Below are positions 30,936 to 43,389 of a stretch of 64,000 nt of DNA, piece after piece (the first letter of the stretch is position 1; every line of letters starts with the position of its first letter). A program made the translations under genes and the position numbers. Below the pieces are notes generated by a model. That model had not been told where the DNA came from. It made no database searches and saw nothing but the letters and a program-made list of their open reading frames with translations. Location of the stretch: NCBI GenBank assembly GCA_021618535.1, contig JAJWAL010000001.1, positions 5,503 through 69,502 on the forward strand, given 5' to 3'. The DNA comes from Segatella copri. Lineage in GTDB: Bacteria; Bacteroidota; Bacteroidia; Bacteroidales; Bacteroidaceae.

Positions 30936-32564
30936 CTATTTAACTTTTTGGCGCTTATTTAAATAAAATAAAGCAAAACCAAGCATGGCAACACCGAATA
31001 TCCACGAGATGATGGCACTCGTTACCATACCCAGCGTATGAGTGAATCCCGCCACGACGAAGGTGAGGAAACTCACACAGGCTACAGTCAGGGCGTAAGG
31101 CAACTGTGATGATACATGATGCACATGCTTGCATTCCGCTCCTGCACTCGCCATGATGGTGGTATCGCTGATAGGAGAGATATGGTCGCCACATACCGCT
31201 CCAGCCATACATGCCGAGATAGAGATGATGCGCAAAGGATCAGCACCAGGGAATACGGCGATGCAGATAGGAATCAGAATACCGAAGGTTCCCCAGGAGG
31301 TACCCGTTGCAAATGCCAGGAAGCCTGCTACCAGGAAGATGATGCCCGGAAGAAGCATCTGAAGTTCTGAGGCACTGCTTGCTACAACCGATGATACATA
31401 TTCTGCCGCACCCAGCGAGTCGGTCATACTCTTCAGCGTCCATGCCAAAGTAAGAATCAGAATGGCTGGTACCATCGCCTCAAAACCCTTGATGAGACTA
31501 CTCATCGCCTCATCGAAAGGCAAGGTCTTGCGAATGGTAAACATCATGATGGTAAGAATCAGGGCAGCCAATGAACCGATTACTAAGCCTACAGAGGCAT
31601 TGCTCGCAGCAAAGGAATCCACAAAGTTGAGATAGTTGGCATTATCGGCATCGAAGAATCCGCCCGAATATACCATGCCCGCCATGCAGAAGATAATCAG
31701 CATGATGATTGGTATCACCAGGTCGCTCACGGTTCCCTTGTTCTTGGAATCCTCTTTCTGTTTGGCTCCCACACCATGCTCAACAATCTGCAGTTTGGTA
31801 TCGCTCACTTCATCGAGTTTTCCGCCATTGGTTCGTTCGTACCATTCCTTCAGTCTTGCATCATACTTGCTCATCGCCTTGAAGTCGAAGCCCAGTATCA
31901 CAATACCAAACATAAAGAGGATGGTAAAGAATGCGTAGAAATTAAAAGGTATCGCCTTGCAGAAAAGTGCCAGTCCGTTCTCTCCGCCCGATACGAAGCC
32001 CGATACCGCAGCTGCCCAACTCGAGATAGGGGAGATGATGCAGACCGGAGCGGCTGTAGAATCGATGAGATAAGCCAGCTTCTCCTTGGTAACACCGTTG
32101 CGCACTGCGATAGGGCGCATCACCGAACCCACGGTAAGGCAGTTGAAGTAATCATCGATGAATATCAGAATGCCGAGCAGGATGGTAGCAATCTGTACGC
32201 CAACCTTCGAGTGTACGTGCTTGGAAGCCCAACGGCCGAAAGCAGCCGAACCACCCGCCTTGTTCATCAATGAAACGATGCTGCCTAATACCACCAGGAA
32301 TACTAGAATGCCCACGTTCCATGGGTCGGAGAGGCAATGTATCAAACCGTATGCCTTGGCATCATCGCCTTCACCTACAGTGTGGTTTGTCAGGTGAACG
32401 AGGAATCCGTCGAATCCTGTTCCCATCGAAATGCAATATTGAACGGCACCCAGTATGATACCGATAAAAAGAGAAGAATAGACCTCTTTCGTCTTCAGCG
32501 CCAGAGCGATGGCGACGATAGGAGGCAGTAACGACCATGCGGTCCCAATCATGTTGTAATCCAT
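30936..32564 (-). CDS. NhaC-family Na+/H+ antiporter-like transporter
   Basis: FIDDYFN, DSTAAP, TGTSWGTF, GDHISPISDTT; probable start MDYNM at 32564. Confidence 0.88.
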   Translation of the reverse strand: MDYNMIGTAWSLLPPIVAIALALKTKEVYSSLFIGIILGAVQYCISMGTGFDGFLVHLTNHTVGEGDDAKAYGLIHCLSDPWNVGILVFLVVLGSIVSLMNKAGGSAAFGRWASKHVHSKVGVQIATILLGILIFIDDYFNCLTVGSVMRPIAVRNGVTKEKLAYLIDSTAAPVCIISPISSWAAAVSGFVSGGENGLALFCKAIPFNFYAFFTILFMFGIVILGFDFKAMSKYDARLKEWYERTNGGKLDEVSDTKLQIVEHGVGAKQKEDSKNKGTVSDLVIPIIMLIIFCMAGMVYSGGFFDADNANYLNFVDSFAASNASVGLVIGSLAALILTIMMFTIRKTLPFDEAMSSLIKGFEAMVPAILILTLAWTLKSMTDSLGAAEYVSSVVASSASELQMLLPGIIFLVAGFLAFATGTSWGTFGILIPICIAVFPGADPLRIISISACMAGAVCGDHISPISDTTIMASAGAECKHVHHVSSQLPYALTVACVSFLTFVVAGFTHTLGMVTSAIISWIFGVAMLGFALFYLNKRQKVK

Positions 32565-32813
32565 TTTATTGTTTTTGGCTAGAAATGTTTTATTGCAAAG
32601 ATAGTGCAAAGGTAGTTTTTTTCGGTAATATATGCAAGCTTTTGGGCAGAAAAAATGGTGCTTATGGGTTGATATGGGCTATTTTAGCATATTTTATCAT
32701 TATAAAGTGTCGTTTTTCTATATTTTTATTGTATCTTTGAAAACTCAAATTGCAACTCAATCTGAGATAGAATGGAAATTCAATTTTAACAACTTAATAA
32801 TGGAGGACTAATT

Positions 32814-33521
32814 ATGAACATCAATTCTGGTATTAAGCAAGCCGTGATTTTAACCATCGGCATCATCGTGCTTGGATTTTGTATCAAGTCGGGACTTGAA
32901 AGTGTGATTAGTAATGATCGAAAGGTTGTAGTGAAAGGCCTTGCCGAAAAGGAGGTGGAGGCAGATAAGGTGACGTGGCCTATCGTTTCCAAGGAAATAG
33001 GCAATGACCTGCCTGAACTCTATCAAAAAATCAATGCCACCACGAGAACCATCAGAAACTTCCTGGTGGAGAATGGCGTTAAGGCTAATGAAATCAACGT
33101 GAATGCGCCTGTGGTCATCGACCTCAATGCTGAACGGTATGGCGAGAACCGACAGGGCTATCGTTATAACATTACTTCCATCATCACGGTTACATCGAAG
33201 AATGTGAAATTGGTCCGCAGTATCATTGCCCGTCAGGGTGATCTGCTTCAGAAGGGGGTTGCCATTGTGGATGGTGGTTACGAGAATCCGGTGAAGTATG
33301 AGTATGTTGCCTTCCGGCAGATGAAACCTAAGATGATGCAGGAGGCGATAGAGAATGCTGAGCAGACTGCTACCCAGTTTGCTGAGAACAGCAAGAGTAA
33401 GATAGACAAGATTATGAATGCCGACCAGGGCCAGTTCTCTATTGAAGACCGCGATTCCAATACCCCATATATTAAAAAGGTAAGGGTTGTTACTACTGTT
33501 ACTTATTCTTTGAAGGATTAG
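32814..33521 (+). CDS. SIMPL (DUF541) domain protein
   Basis: N-terminal TM, VKGLAEKEVEAD, QGQFSI, KKVRVVTTVTY. Confidence 0.8.
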   Translation: MNINSGIKQAVILTIGIIVLGFCIKSGLESVISNDRKVVVKGLAEKEVEADKVTWPIVSKEIGNDLPELYQKINATTRTIRNFLVENGVKANEINVNAPVVIDLNAERYGENRQGYRYNITSIITVTSKNVKLVRSIIARQGDLLQKGVAIVDGGYENPVKYEYVAFRQMKPKMMQEAIENAEQTATQFAENSKSKIDKIMNADQGQFSIEDRDSNTPYIKKVRVVTTVTYSLKD

Positions 33522-33612
33522 GAGTAGTGATTAGTGAATAGTGATTAATTGTAATAAGAGGGTGGGTTATAGCCTAATGGCATACCCTCTCAAATTAAAA
33601 CAACGAAAAACT

Positions 33613-34095
33613 ATGAAGAAAATTATATTAGCAGCTGTTTTATTTCTACCATTTCTTGTTTCTTGTACACAGAACAGGAAAGCACCTGCTGTTTCTCCTC
33701 AAACGACTGTAGGGAAGTCTGAGAAAACTGAAACTGCCAAGGTGCAATATCTCACCACATCTGATTTCAGAAAAAAGATTATGGATTACGAGGCTCATCC
33801 GGATGAATGGTTATTCGCCGGTTCCCGTCCTGCCGTCATCGATTTCTATACCACCTGGTGTGGTCCTTGCAAGATGATGGCTCCCGTAGTGGAATCTCTC
33901 GCCGAGAAATATGCCGGCAAGATAGATTTCTATAAGGTGGATATCGACCAGGAGTCCGAACTTGCTTCTGTTTTCGGTATCAGCAGCATCCCTACCTTCC
34001 TCTTCATCCCCGTGAAAGGCAAACCATCTGTGCAGATGGGTGCTATGCAAAAGGAGGATTTCGAAGAACGGATTGATAAAATTAAAATAAAATGA
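33613..34095 (+). CDS. Thioredoxin lipoprotein
   Basis: WCGPC active site; lipobox LVSC from ATG 33613. Confidence 0.88.
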   Translation: MKKIILAAVLFLPFLVSCTQNRKAPAVSPQTTVGKSEKTETAKVQYLTTSDFRKKIMDYEAHPDEWLFAGSRPAVIDFYTTWCGPCKMMAPVVESLAEKYAGKIDFYKVDIDQESELASVFGISSIPTFLFIPVKGKPSVQMGAMQKEDFEERIDKIKIK

Positions 34096-34140
34096 CAATT
34101 TGGTAGCATCTCAAATTTCCATGCCTCTCCTTACCTATAT

Positions 34141-34170
34141 GTAGGTATTTTCGGGCGAATACCTACTTTT
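34141..34170 (+). terminator. Intrinsic terminator after thioredoxin
   Basis: GTAGGTATT...AATACCTAC TTTT. Confidence 0.7.
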
Positions 34171-34245
34171 GATGATGCCAGGAATTTGGAGATTTGTCAG
34201 ATAATACCTAAATTTGCACTCGGAAAAAATGTTTAATGTAATTAA

Positions 34246-35568
<1,323 letters not shown>

Positions 35569-35656
35569 GAATGATGATATGAAATTGGAAAACACCAATT
35601 TCACCATAACAAAACATAATTAGTAATAACTGAATAGATCAGATACGAAATAGATG

Positions 35657-35693
35657 GGCATGGATGACTGTGAGGGTTGTCCATGCTTTTTTT
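35657..35693 (+). terminator. Intrinsic terminator after eno
   Basis: GGCATGGATGAC...GTTGTCCATGCT followed by T-run. Confidence 0.7.
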
Positions 35694-35755
35694 CTTCTAT
35701 GATATATCTGCATCTTCATGTGTTTAACTGGATAACTTCAATATATATATTGATT

Positions 35756-36502
35756 ATGACAAACGTATTGATTAGTGCAGCCGGACTTTGCGGTGCCACG
35801 ATTATAGGTGCCATTCTGGGATTCTTCGTCAAGGAGTTGCCTCACAAATGGAACGACGCCGTATTGGGATATTGTGCCGGAATCATGCTGGCAGCTTCCA
35901 CGTTGGGACTGATAGTGCCAGCCTTCGAACAGACCAGTCTTTGGTGGCTGGTAGTAATCGGCGTGATGGCAGGAGCCTTGTTTCTGAATGTGCTAGATCT
36001 GGTGACTCCCCATCTTCATCATATCACGGGACTAGACCCCGAGGAGCATCGCAACAATGCCCGACTCAGTCATGTGATGCTTTTTGTGATGGCGATAGCC
36101 CTGCATAAACTGCCCGAAGGCATGGCTGCTGGAGTGAGTGTCTGTTCGGCAGAGGGAGCAACGGAGTGGGGCGTTTCCTTCGGCATCGCCCTGCAGAACA
36201 TCCCTGAGGGTATGGTGATTATTGCTCCTTTGATGATGGCTGGTGTTACAGCAGTCCGCACCTTTTTCATTTCCATCTTCATCGCCCTGCTCGAAGTGAT
36301 AGGCATTCTGTTGGGTTTCGGTTTGGGTTCAGCCTCTTCCACCTTCCTCCCCGTGATGTTGGGCTTTGCCGGTGGCGCCATGCTTTATGTAACGAGCGAT
36401 GAGATGATTCCCGAAACCCATGCCCATGGTTTTCAGAAGCAAGCCACCTATGCCCTTCTCCTGGGTTTCATCACCTTTGTGTTGATGGAGAAATGTGTAT
36501 GA
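35756..36502 (+). CDS. ZIP-family (ZupT/GufA) metal transporter
   Basis: ALHKLPEG, ALQNIPEG, AGGAMLYV, EMIPETH; His-rich loop. Confidence 0.9.
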   Translation: MTNVLISAAGLCGATIIGAILGFFVKELPHKWNDAVLGYCAGIMLAASTLGLIVPAFEQTSLWWLVVIGVMAGALFLNVLDLVTPHLHHITGLDPEEHRNNARLSHVMLFVMAIALHKLPEGMAAGVSVCSAEGATEWGVSFGIALQNIPEGMVIIAPLMMAGVTAVRTFFISIFIALLEVIGILLGFGLGSASSTFLPVMLGFAGGAMLYVTSDEMIPETHAHGFQKQATYALLLGFITFVLMEKCV

Positions 36503-36745
36503 TTAGATTCTGATACCGAGGCAGGTAGTATATCCTAAATACAGAGTGTACTTAGGTGTAGGCTTTTTTGGGAAATAAAAAAGCGGAGCGTGATTTCACA
36601 ACCACACTCCGCGCAAACTTAAACAACCAATAAAAGAAATAGATTGATCGTTCAATTGTTATATCTGATGAAGAGTAGCTCTTGTTAGAGCTTTGTTTTT
36701 TTATCTGTCAGAAATATGTCTTATCTATTTTGAAGACATTGCTGA

Positions 36746-38935
36746 TTAGCGGATGAACAGGAGTTCACGATACTTAGGCAAGGTCCAGAGCTCATCGGCT
36801 ACTGTCAACTCCAACTTATCAATCTGATAACGGATTTCCTCCATCTTTGGAGCTACCGTGTCATGATAAGCTATCGCCTTATCGTGCTCATTCTCAATCT
36901 TGTTGGCAACCTTGCGGGCATTTACCAACTCCTCAACACCGGTCTCGATAATCTGAGTGCGCTCGGCAATCTTCTTGATGATATTGATGTTGCGGGCTGT
37001 CAACTTCTTGCCTTCCTCGTCGCCGAAGATATCAATCATGTTCTCCACATTCTTAGCCAACTGGCTCTGATAGTGAGTAGCCACAGGGATGATGTGGTTC
37101 ATGCTCAAGTCGCCCATTACACGAGCCTCAATCTGAATCTTCTTGGTGTAGGTCTCCCATTTCACCTCGTTACGAGCTTCCAACTCGTTCTTCTTCATGA
37201 CACCCATATCCTCGAACATCTTGATAGATGCAGGGTCGAGATAACGCTCGAAAATCTTTGGACAGCTCTTCTCGCAGTCCAGACCACGCTTGGCAGCTTC
37301 CTCTACCCACTCATCTGAGTAACCGTTACCGTCGAAACGGATTGGCTTGCAGGTCTTCAAATCCTGACGAACGATATCGATGATGGCAGATGTCTTGTCC
37401 TCACCCTTTGCAATCAACTCATCCACACGCTTCTTGAAGTCGGTCAAAGCCTCGGCTACAGCTGTGTTCAATACAATCATTGCTGATGCACAGTTAGCCT
37501 CAGAACCTACGGCACGGAACTCGAAACGGTTACCGGTGAAGGCGAATGGAGAAGTACGGTTACGGTCGGTATTATCAATCATCAACTCAGGAATCTCAGG
37601 GATATCCAACTTCATACCCTGCTTGCCAGCCATGGTGAAGAGATCCTTCTTATCGGCTTTCTCAATGTGCTCGAGAAGGTCGGTCAACTGCTTGCCGAGG
37701 AATGAAGAGATGATTGCTGGAGGTGCCTCGTTGGCGCCCAGACGATGCGCATTGGTAGCGCTCATGATAGAAGCCTTGAGCAAGCCATTGTGCTTATATA
37801 CTCCCATCAAAGTCTCTGTGATGAAGACTACGAAGCGGAGGTTATCCTCTGGTGTCTTGCCAGGACCATGGAGCAGGATGCCGGTATCTGTAGCGAGACT
37901 CCAGTTGTTGTGCTTACCGGAACCGTTGATGCCTGCGAATGGCTTCTCATGGAGAAGTACGCGGAAACCGTGATGGCGAGCCACCTTCTTCATCAAGCTC
38001 ATCAAGAGCATGTTGTGGTCAACGGCAAGGTTGGTCTCCTCGAAGATAGGTGCCAACTCAAACTGGTTTGGTGCTACCTCGTTGTGACGGGTCTTGCAAG
38101 GAATACCGAGCTCGAGAGCCTGAATTTCCAAATCCTTCATGAAAGCCTGAACACGCTCAGGGATGGCGCCGAAGTAGTGGTCGTCCATCTGCTGGTTCTT
38201 GGCAGAATCGTGACCCATCAAGGTGCGGCCTGTCAGCATCAGGTCAGGACGTGCTGCATACAAACTCTCATCTACCAGGAAGTATTCCTGCTCCCAACCG
38301 AGGTTAGAAACAACCTTCTTTACATCTGGGTTGAAATAGTGGCAAACATCTGTAGCAGCTACGTTAACAGCGTGCAATGCACGGAGCAATGGAGCTTTAT
38401 AGTCGAGTGCCTCACCTGTATAAGAGATGAAGACAGTAGGGATACAGAGTGTATCGTCGATGATGAATACAGGAGATGTTGGATCCCATGCAGAATAACC
38501 GCGTGCCTCGAAGGTAGAGCGGATACCGCCAGATGGGAAAGATGATGCATCAGGCTCCTGCTGAACGAGCAACTTGCCTGAAAATTCCTCGATCATACCA
38601 CCCTTGCCATCGTGCTCGATGAAGGCATCGTGCTTTTCGGCAGTACCTTCTGTCAATGGCTGGAACCAGTGGGTGTAGTGGGTTACGCCATTCTCGTCAG
38701 CCCACTGCTTGATGCCTTTGGCTACGGCGTTGGCGATGTTACGGTCGAGACGTGCTCCGTTGTCGATGACGTCTACCAGTTTCTCATAGACATCTGCAGG
38801 GAGATACTTGTACATCTTCTGTCGGTTGAATACCTTCTTACCGAAGAATTCACTTGGTCGCTCACTAGGAGCGGTTACCTCAACAGGCTTTCTCTTGGAA
38901 GCCTCTGAAACAGCTTCAAATCTTAAGTTGCTCAT
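36746..38935 (-). CDS. glnA: Glutamine synthetase type III
   Basis: 729 aa; THYTHWFQP, EPDASSFPSGG, HNEVAPNQFE, NGSGKHNNWS, DRNRTSPFAFTGN. Confidence 0.95.
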   Translation of the reverse strand: MSNLRFEAVSEASKRKPVEVTAPSERPSEFFGKKVFNRQKMYKYLPADVYEKLVDVIDNGARLDRNIANAVAKGIKQWADENGVTHYTHWFQPLTEGTAEKHDAFIEHDGKGGMIEEFSGKLLVQQEPDASSFPSGGIRSTFEARGYSAWDPTSPVFIIDDTLCIPTVFISYTGEALDYKAPLLRALHAVNVAATDVCHYFNPDVKKVVSNLGWEQEYFLVDESLYAARPDLMLTGRTLMGHDSAKNQQMDDHYFGAIPERVQAFMKDLEIQALELGIPCKTRHNEVAPNQFELAPIFEETNLAVDHNMLLMSLMKKVARHHGFRVLLHEKPFAGINGSGKHNNWSLATDTGILLHGPGKTPEDNLRFVVFITETLMGVYKHNGLLKASIMSATNAHRLGANEAPPAIISSFLGKQLTDLLEHIEKADKKDLFTMAGKQGMKLDIPEIPELMIDNTDRNRTSPFAFTGNRFEFRAVGSEANCASAMIVLNTAVAEALTDFKKRVDELIAKGEDKTSAIIDIVRQDLKTCKPIRFDGNGYSDEWVEEAAKRGLDCEKSCPKIFERYLDPASIKMFEDMGVMKKNELEARNEVKWETYTKKIQIEARVMGDLSMNHIIPVATHYQSQLAKNVENMIDIFGDEEGKKLTARNINIIKKIAERTQIIETGVEELVNARKVANKIENEHDKAIAYHDTVAPKMEEIRYQIDKLELTVADELWTLPKYRELLFIR

Positions 38936-38980
38936 ACCTTATATAATTTTTATGTTAAATGTTCAATGTTAAGTGTTGAA

Positions 38981-40213
38981 TTATTTTCCTAACCATTTGG
39001 CAATTCTCTCCATGGCTTCCTTGCAGTCCTCATGCTCGCCGAAGGCGGTGAGTCGGATGTAGCCTTCGCCCGATGGACCGAAGCCGACACCTGGAGTGCA
39101 GACTACGCTGGCGCCATAAAGCATCTCTTCGAAGAATTTCCAGCTAGGTGTATTGTTTGGCGTCTTCACCCAGAGATAAGGTGCATTCTCGCCACCATAT
39201 ACTCTCAAGCCGAGTTTCTGGAGTTCAGCTCTCATGAAGTGAGCATTCTCCATATAGTAGTTGATGGTTGCCTTCACCTGTTCCTTACCCTCTGGGGTGT
39301 AGATGGCTTCGGCAGCACGCTGGCTGATATAGCTTGTACCATTAAACTTGGTGCACTGGCGGCGGTCCCAGATAGGATTCAATGCCACTTCCTCACCTGC
39401 CAATGTCTTTGCCTTCAACTCCTTAGGAACGATGGTGTAACCACAACGCACACCGGTGAATCCGGCAGTCTTCGAATAACTGTGGAATTCTATCGCTACC
39501 TTTCTGGCTCCACGAATCTCGTAGATAGAATGAGGAATTGATGGGTCGGTGATATATGCCTCGTAGGCTGCATCATAGAGGATGATGCTCTCATTCTTGA
39601 TAGCATAGTTTACCCATTTTCTGAGTTCTTCCTTCGAGATGACCGTACCCGTAGGGTTGTTTGGATAGCAGAGGTAAATCATATCCACACGGTGGTCTGG
39701 AATCTGAGGGATGAAGTCATCGCTCTCATCGCAAGGCATGTAGGTTACATTGCTCCACTTGCCGTTCTCGAAGATTCCCGCTCTACCTATCATCACGTTA
39801 GAGTCTATATAAACCGGATAAATCGGGTCAGTAACGCCGATGTTGTTATCCCATCTCAAAATCTCCTGGATATTTCCCGTATCGCTCTTGGCTCCATCGT
39901 TTACGAATACCTCGTTGGCGTCAAGATGAATGCCACGTGGCAGGAAGTCGTTCTTGATGATAGCCTCTCGGAGGAAGTCGTAGCCTCGCTCCGGACCGTA
40001 GCCTCTGAAAGAAGCCTGCTCAGCCATCTCATCCACTGCCTTGTGCATCGCCTTGATGACGGCAGGGCAGAGAGGTTGGGTTACGTCACCGATGCCCAGA
40101 CTGATTACACGCTGCTTTGGATGTGCAATCTTGTAGGCGTTTACCTTCTTTGCGATGTCGGCAAACAAGTAGTTGTTGGCCAACTTCAGGAAATGTTCAT
40201 TAACTAATGCCAT
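38981..40213 (-). CDS. dapL: LL-diaminopimelate aminotransferase
   Basis: LGIGDVT, DGAKSD, CYPNNPTG, SYSKTAGFTGVRC, PGVGFGPSGEG. Confidence 0.95.
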   Translation of the reverse strand: MALVNEHFLKLANNYLFADIAKKVNAYKIAHPKQRVISLGIGDVTQPLCPAVIKAMHKAVDEMAEQASFRGYGPERGYDFLREAIIKNDFLPRGIHLDANEVFVNDGAKSDTGNIQEILRWDNNIGVTDPIYPVYIDSNVMIGRAGIFENGKWSNVTYMPCDESDDFIPQIPDHRVDMIYLCYPNNPTGTVISKEELRKWVNYAIKNESIILYDAAYEAYITDPSIPHSIYEIRGARKVAIEFHSYSKTAGFTGVRCGYTIVPKELKAKTLAGEEVALNPIWDRRQCTKFNGTSYISQRAAEAIYTPEGKEQVKATINYYMENAHFMRAELQKLGLRVYGGENAPYLWVKTPNNTPSWKFFEEMLYGASVVCTPGVGFGPSGEGYIRLTAFGEHEDCKEAMERIAKWLGK

Positions 40214-40278
40214 ATTTTGTTTCTCCTTTTATTTGTGGTCATTATGACCATTTGTTATTTAAGTTTGCGTCTATTTTT

Positions 40279-40356
40279 AATGTTGAGTGTTGAGTGTTGA
40301 ATGTTGACTTTGTGGGCGCAGCTAAATTCAACATTCAACATTCCACATTCAACATT
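40279..40356. repeat. Heptamer (AATGTTG-type) tandem repeats arranged as an inverted pair
   Basis: aatgttgagtgttgagtgttgaatgttga ... tcaacattcaacattccacattcaacatt between dapF and dapL. Confidence 0.85.
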
Positions 40357-41194
40357 ACAACCGGATTTCTCCTTCGAATGAGAAGGCTGCAGGCCCTGTC
40401 ATGTAAACATGATCATCAGCCTCGCTATATTCTATTTCCAGCGTTCCGCCATCCATCACGATACTGCTTTTTCTTCCAGTACGCTTGGTAAGGGCTGCGG
40501 CTACGGCTGTGGCACAGGCTCCTGTTCCGCAAGCCATTGTTATTCCGCTTCCCCTTTCCCAAACTCGTGTTCTTATGGCGTCTGTGTCAGTTACTTGTGC
40601 AAATTCTATGTTGCATCGCTGGGGAAATGCCTTGTCTCTTTCCAGGATTTTACCATAGTGGGCGATGTCGATGGTGTCGATGTCATCCACGAAGGTAACG
40701 AAATGCGGATTACCCATGCAAACATAGGTTCCTTCAAATTTTCTGCCGTCAGCTTCGAGCACCGAAGAGCCTATGAATTGCTCGGGATTTTCAAGTTTGG
40801 GTTTCAGCATGTCTACTGTTACCGATTCCACAACTTCTTTATTATCCTGAAGATGAAGTTTCAATATCTTGATACCCGAAAGTGTTTCCAGTCGGATGGT
40901 GTCCTTTTGGGTCAATCCTTTTTCGTAAAGATACTTACCGATGCATCGGCTAGCATTGCCGCACATCATCGCTTCTGAACCATCGGCATTGAAGATGCGC
41001 ATCGAATAATCTGCTCTTCTGCCGTCTTGCGGCTTTCCGATGAGAACCAGTCCGTCGCTTCCTATGCCCGTGTGGTAAGCACTCCAGGCAATGGCCGCCT
41101 TCTCTGGGTCAGGGATATCGTATTGTTGGGTATCTACATATATATAATCGTTACCCGCTCCCTGCATCTTTGTAAAATGAACTGTTTCTTTCAT
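40355..41194 (-). CDS. dapF: Diaminopimelate epimerase
   Basis: [37 protein letters not shown]. Confidence 0.96.
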   Translation of the reverse strand: MKETVHFTKMQGAGNDYIYVDTQQYDIPDPEKAAIAWSAYHTGIGSDGLVLIGKPQDGRRADYSMRIFNADGSEAMMCGNASRCIGKYLYEKGLTQKDTIRLETLSGIKILKLHLQDNKEVVESVTVDMLKPKLENPEQFIGSSVLEADGRKFEGTYVCMGNPHFVTFVDDIDTIDIAHYGKILERDKAFPQRCNIEFAQVTDTDAIRTRVWERGSGITMACGTGACATAVAAALTKRTGRKSSIVMDGGTLEIEYSEADDHVYMTGPAAFSFEGEIRL

Positions 41195-41648
41195 CTGCGT
41201 TGTTCTTTATGTTTGAATACTCTTCTTTATCTCTCATGTCTCGTCTCTTTTGAGATTTGACTTTTTGCTAGCCTTTCGAATGTTTCGATGACTATTTGTT
41301 TGATTTCGGTTGCAAAGGTACGACGTTTTGCCGAAATATGCAAGAAAATATATACAGAAATCTCGATTATTTTTCGCTATCTTACAATTTGTATCATAAA
41401 AATGTCTTCTGCCTTACAAATTGTAAGGAGAATGTGATAAGCCTCGATAAATTTAAAATGTTCGGCAAAAAGTAAAAGCGAAATGTTTTTATTTTCTTTA
41501 AAATGCTGACAAAAAGTATTAATTTTGCAGCCGAAAACGAACATAGTGTAAAAGAAAGGCTTGATTTGAATAGCAAACCAATGAAAGTCCGTTTTCAGAA
41601 AGAGACAATCAATAGAAGTATTAACACATTATTAATTATTAAAGGATT

Positions 41649-42005
41649 ATGAAGAAGATTGAGGCAATTATCCGCAAGTCTAGATTCGAGGATGTCAAGA
41701 AGGCGCTTTTAGCAGCAGACATCGAGTGGTTCTCTTATTATAATGTAAGAGGTGAGGGCAAAATGCGCCAGGCTCGCATTTACCGTGGTGTGATGTACGA
41801 TACCAGCAGCATCGAACGTGTGCTTCTGAATATTGTGGTTCGTGATAAGAATGTGGAGCCTACCATCGCTGCCATCCAGGGCGCTGCACAGACCGGTGAA
41901 GTAGGAGATGGTCGAATCTTCGTGATTCCTGTACTCGATACGGTAAGAATCAGAACCGGCGAACGAGGCGACATCGCATTGTATAATGCTGAGAAAGAGG
42001 AATAA
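41649..42005 (+). CDS. glnB: P-II nitrogen regulatory protein
   Basis: MKKIEAIIR, YRG T-loop, TGEVGDGRIFV, VRIRTGE; upstream of amtB (GlnK-like context). Confidence 0.93.
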   Translation: MKKIEAIIRKSRFEDVKKALLAADIEWFSYYNVRGEGKMRQARIYRGVMYDTSSIERVLLNIVVRDKNVEPTIAAIQGAAQTGEVGDGRIFVIPVLDTVRIRTGERGDIALYNAEKEE

Positions 42006-42106
42006 TTTAAAATGTTGAATGTTAAGTGTTGAATGTTGAATTAGGCATTCTTACTTATCTTTCATAAATATTATTTAGTATTCTAATTTAACTATAAGAT
42101 ATAAAT

Positions 42107-43375
42107 ATGAGCAGTTTATTATTGACAACACTCGATACGGGTAACACAGCGTGGATGATCATGGCAACCATCTTGGTGCTTTTGATGTCAATCCCGGGTA
42201 TAGCACTTTTTTATGGTGGTTTGGTGCGCCAGAAGAATATCCTCAGCATCCTGATGCAGACGGTATTCATCGTGGCAGTAATCAGTCTGATATGGGTAGC
42301 CTTCGGTTATTCCTGGGCTTTCTCTACAGAATATGCCGATTCGGGCAATCCTCTGGCTTGCGTCATCGGTGGTTTCGATAAATGTTTCCTTCACGGCATC
42401 GGCTTGGATGCCATCATGCCAACAGGCATTCCGGAGCTCACCTTTGCAATGTTCCAGTGCATGTTCGCCCTCATTACTCCAGCCTTGATTCTCGGTGCCT
42501 TTGCCGAGCGCGTTAAGTTCAGCGGATATGTACTTTTCACCATCCTTTGGGTTATCATCGCTTATCTTCCTATGGCCCACTGGGTATGGGGTGGCGGTTT
42601 CCTGCAGGAGATGGGAGCCATCGACTTTGCGGGTGGTACCGTGGTTCATATCAATGCCGGTGTAGCCGCTCTGGTCATGGCACTCTGTGTAGGCAAGCGA
42701 GATGATTACCGTGCAGGTCATCCTATCACACCTCACAACATCACCTTCGTGTTCATGGGCATGTCATTCCTCTGGTTGGGATGGTTCGGTTTCAATGCCG
42801 GTAGCGGATTGGCAGCTGATGGTCTGGCAGCCAATGCCTTCCTTGTAACCCACGTCGCCACCGCAGCTGCAGCCACCACCTGGATGCTCATCGACTGGAT
42901 TGTCAACAAGAAGCCAACCACAGTAGGTGCTTGTACCGGTGCTGTTGCCGGACTGGTAGCCATCACTCCTGCAGCCGGCAGTACCGATATTTTCGGAGCT
43001 TTCTGCATCGGTATCATTTCCACCATCGTCTGCTTCTTCATGGTAGCAGTGGTGAAGGAGAAGTTCAAGTATGATGATGCCCTCGATGCCTTTGGTGTTC
43101 ATGGTATGGGTGGTATTCTGGGATCTATCCTCACCGGTGTCTTCGCCACTCGGTATGTAACAGGATCCGAAGGTGTGCAGGGTGCCCTTTATGGTGACTG
43201 GCATCAGCTTTGGGTTCAGGTTGTAGCCACCGTGGTAAGCATCATCTACAGCGTAGTAGTTACCTATATTATCTTCAAGGTAGTAGATAAGAGTGTAGGT
43301 GTACGTGTTGACAAGCGAGTAGAGGAGGAAGGTCTCGATATCTACGAGCATGGTGAGAGTGCTTATAGCAACTAA
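42107..43375 (+). CDS. amtB: Ammonium transporter
   Basis: FYGGLVR, FQCMFA, DFAGGTVVH, GWFGFNAGS, DDALDAFGVHG. Confidence 0.96.
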   Translation: MSSLLLTTLDTGNTAWMIMATILVLLMSIPGIALFYGGLVRQKNILSILMQTVFIVAVISLIWVAFGYSWAFSTEYADSGNPLACVIGGFDKCFLHGIGLDAIMPTGIPELTFAMFQCMFALITPALILGAFAERVKFSGYVLFTILWVIIAYLPMAHWVWGGGFLQEMGAIDFAGGTVVHINAGVAALVMALCVGKRDDYRAGHPITPHNITFVFMGMSFLWLGWFGFNAGSGLAADGLAANAFLVTHVATAAAATTWMLIDWIVNKKPTTVGACTGAVAGLVAITPAAGSTDIFGAFCIGIISTIVCFFMVAVVKEKFKYDDALDAFGVHGMGGILGSILTGVFATRYVTGSEGVQGALYGDWHQLWVQVVATVVSIIYSVVVTYIIFKVVDKSVGVRVDKRVEEEGLDIYEHGESAYSN

Positions 43376-43389
43376 AAATACATTTGTCT

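Noticed and set aside
40294..40491. ORF containing [10 protein letters not shown]
   Set aside because: Translation of the heptamer repeat, antisense to the dapF end
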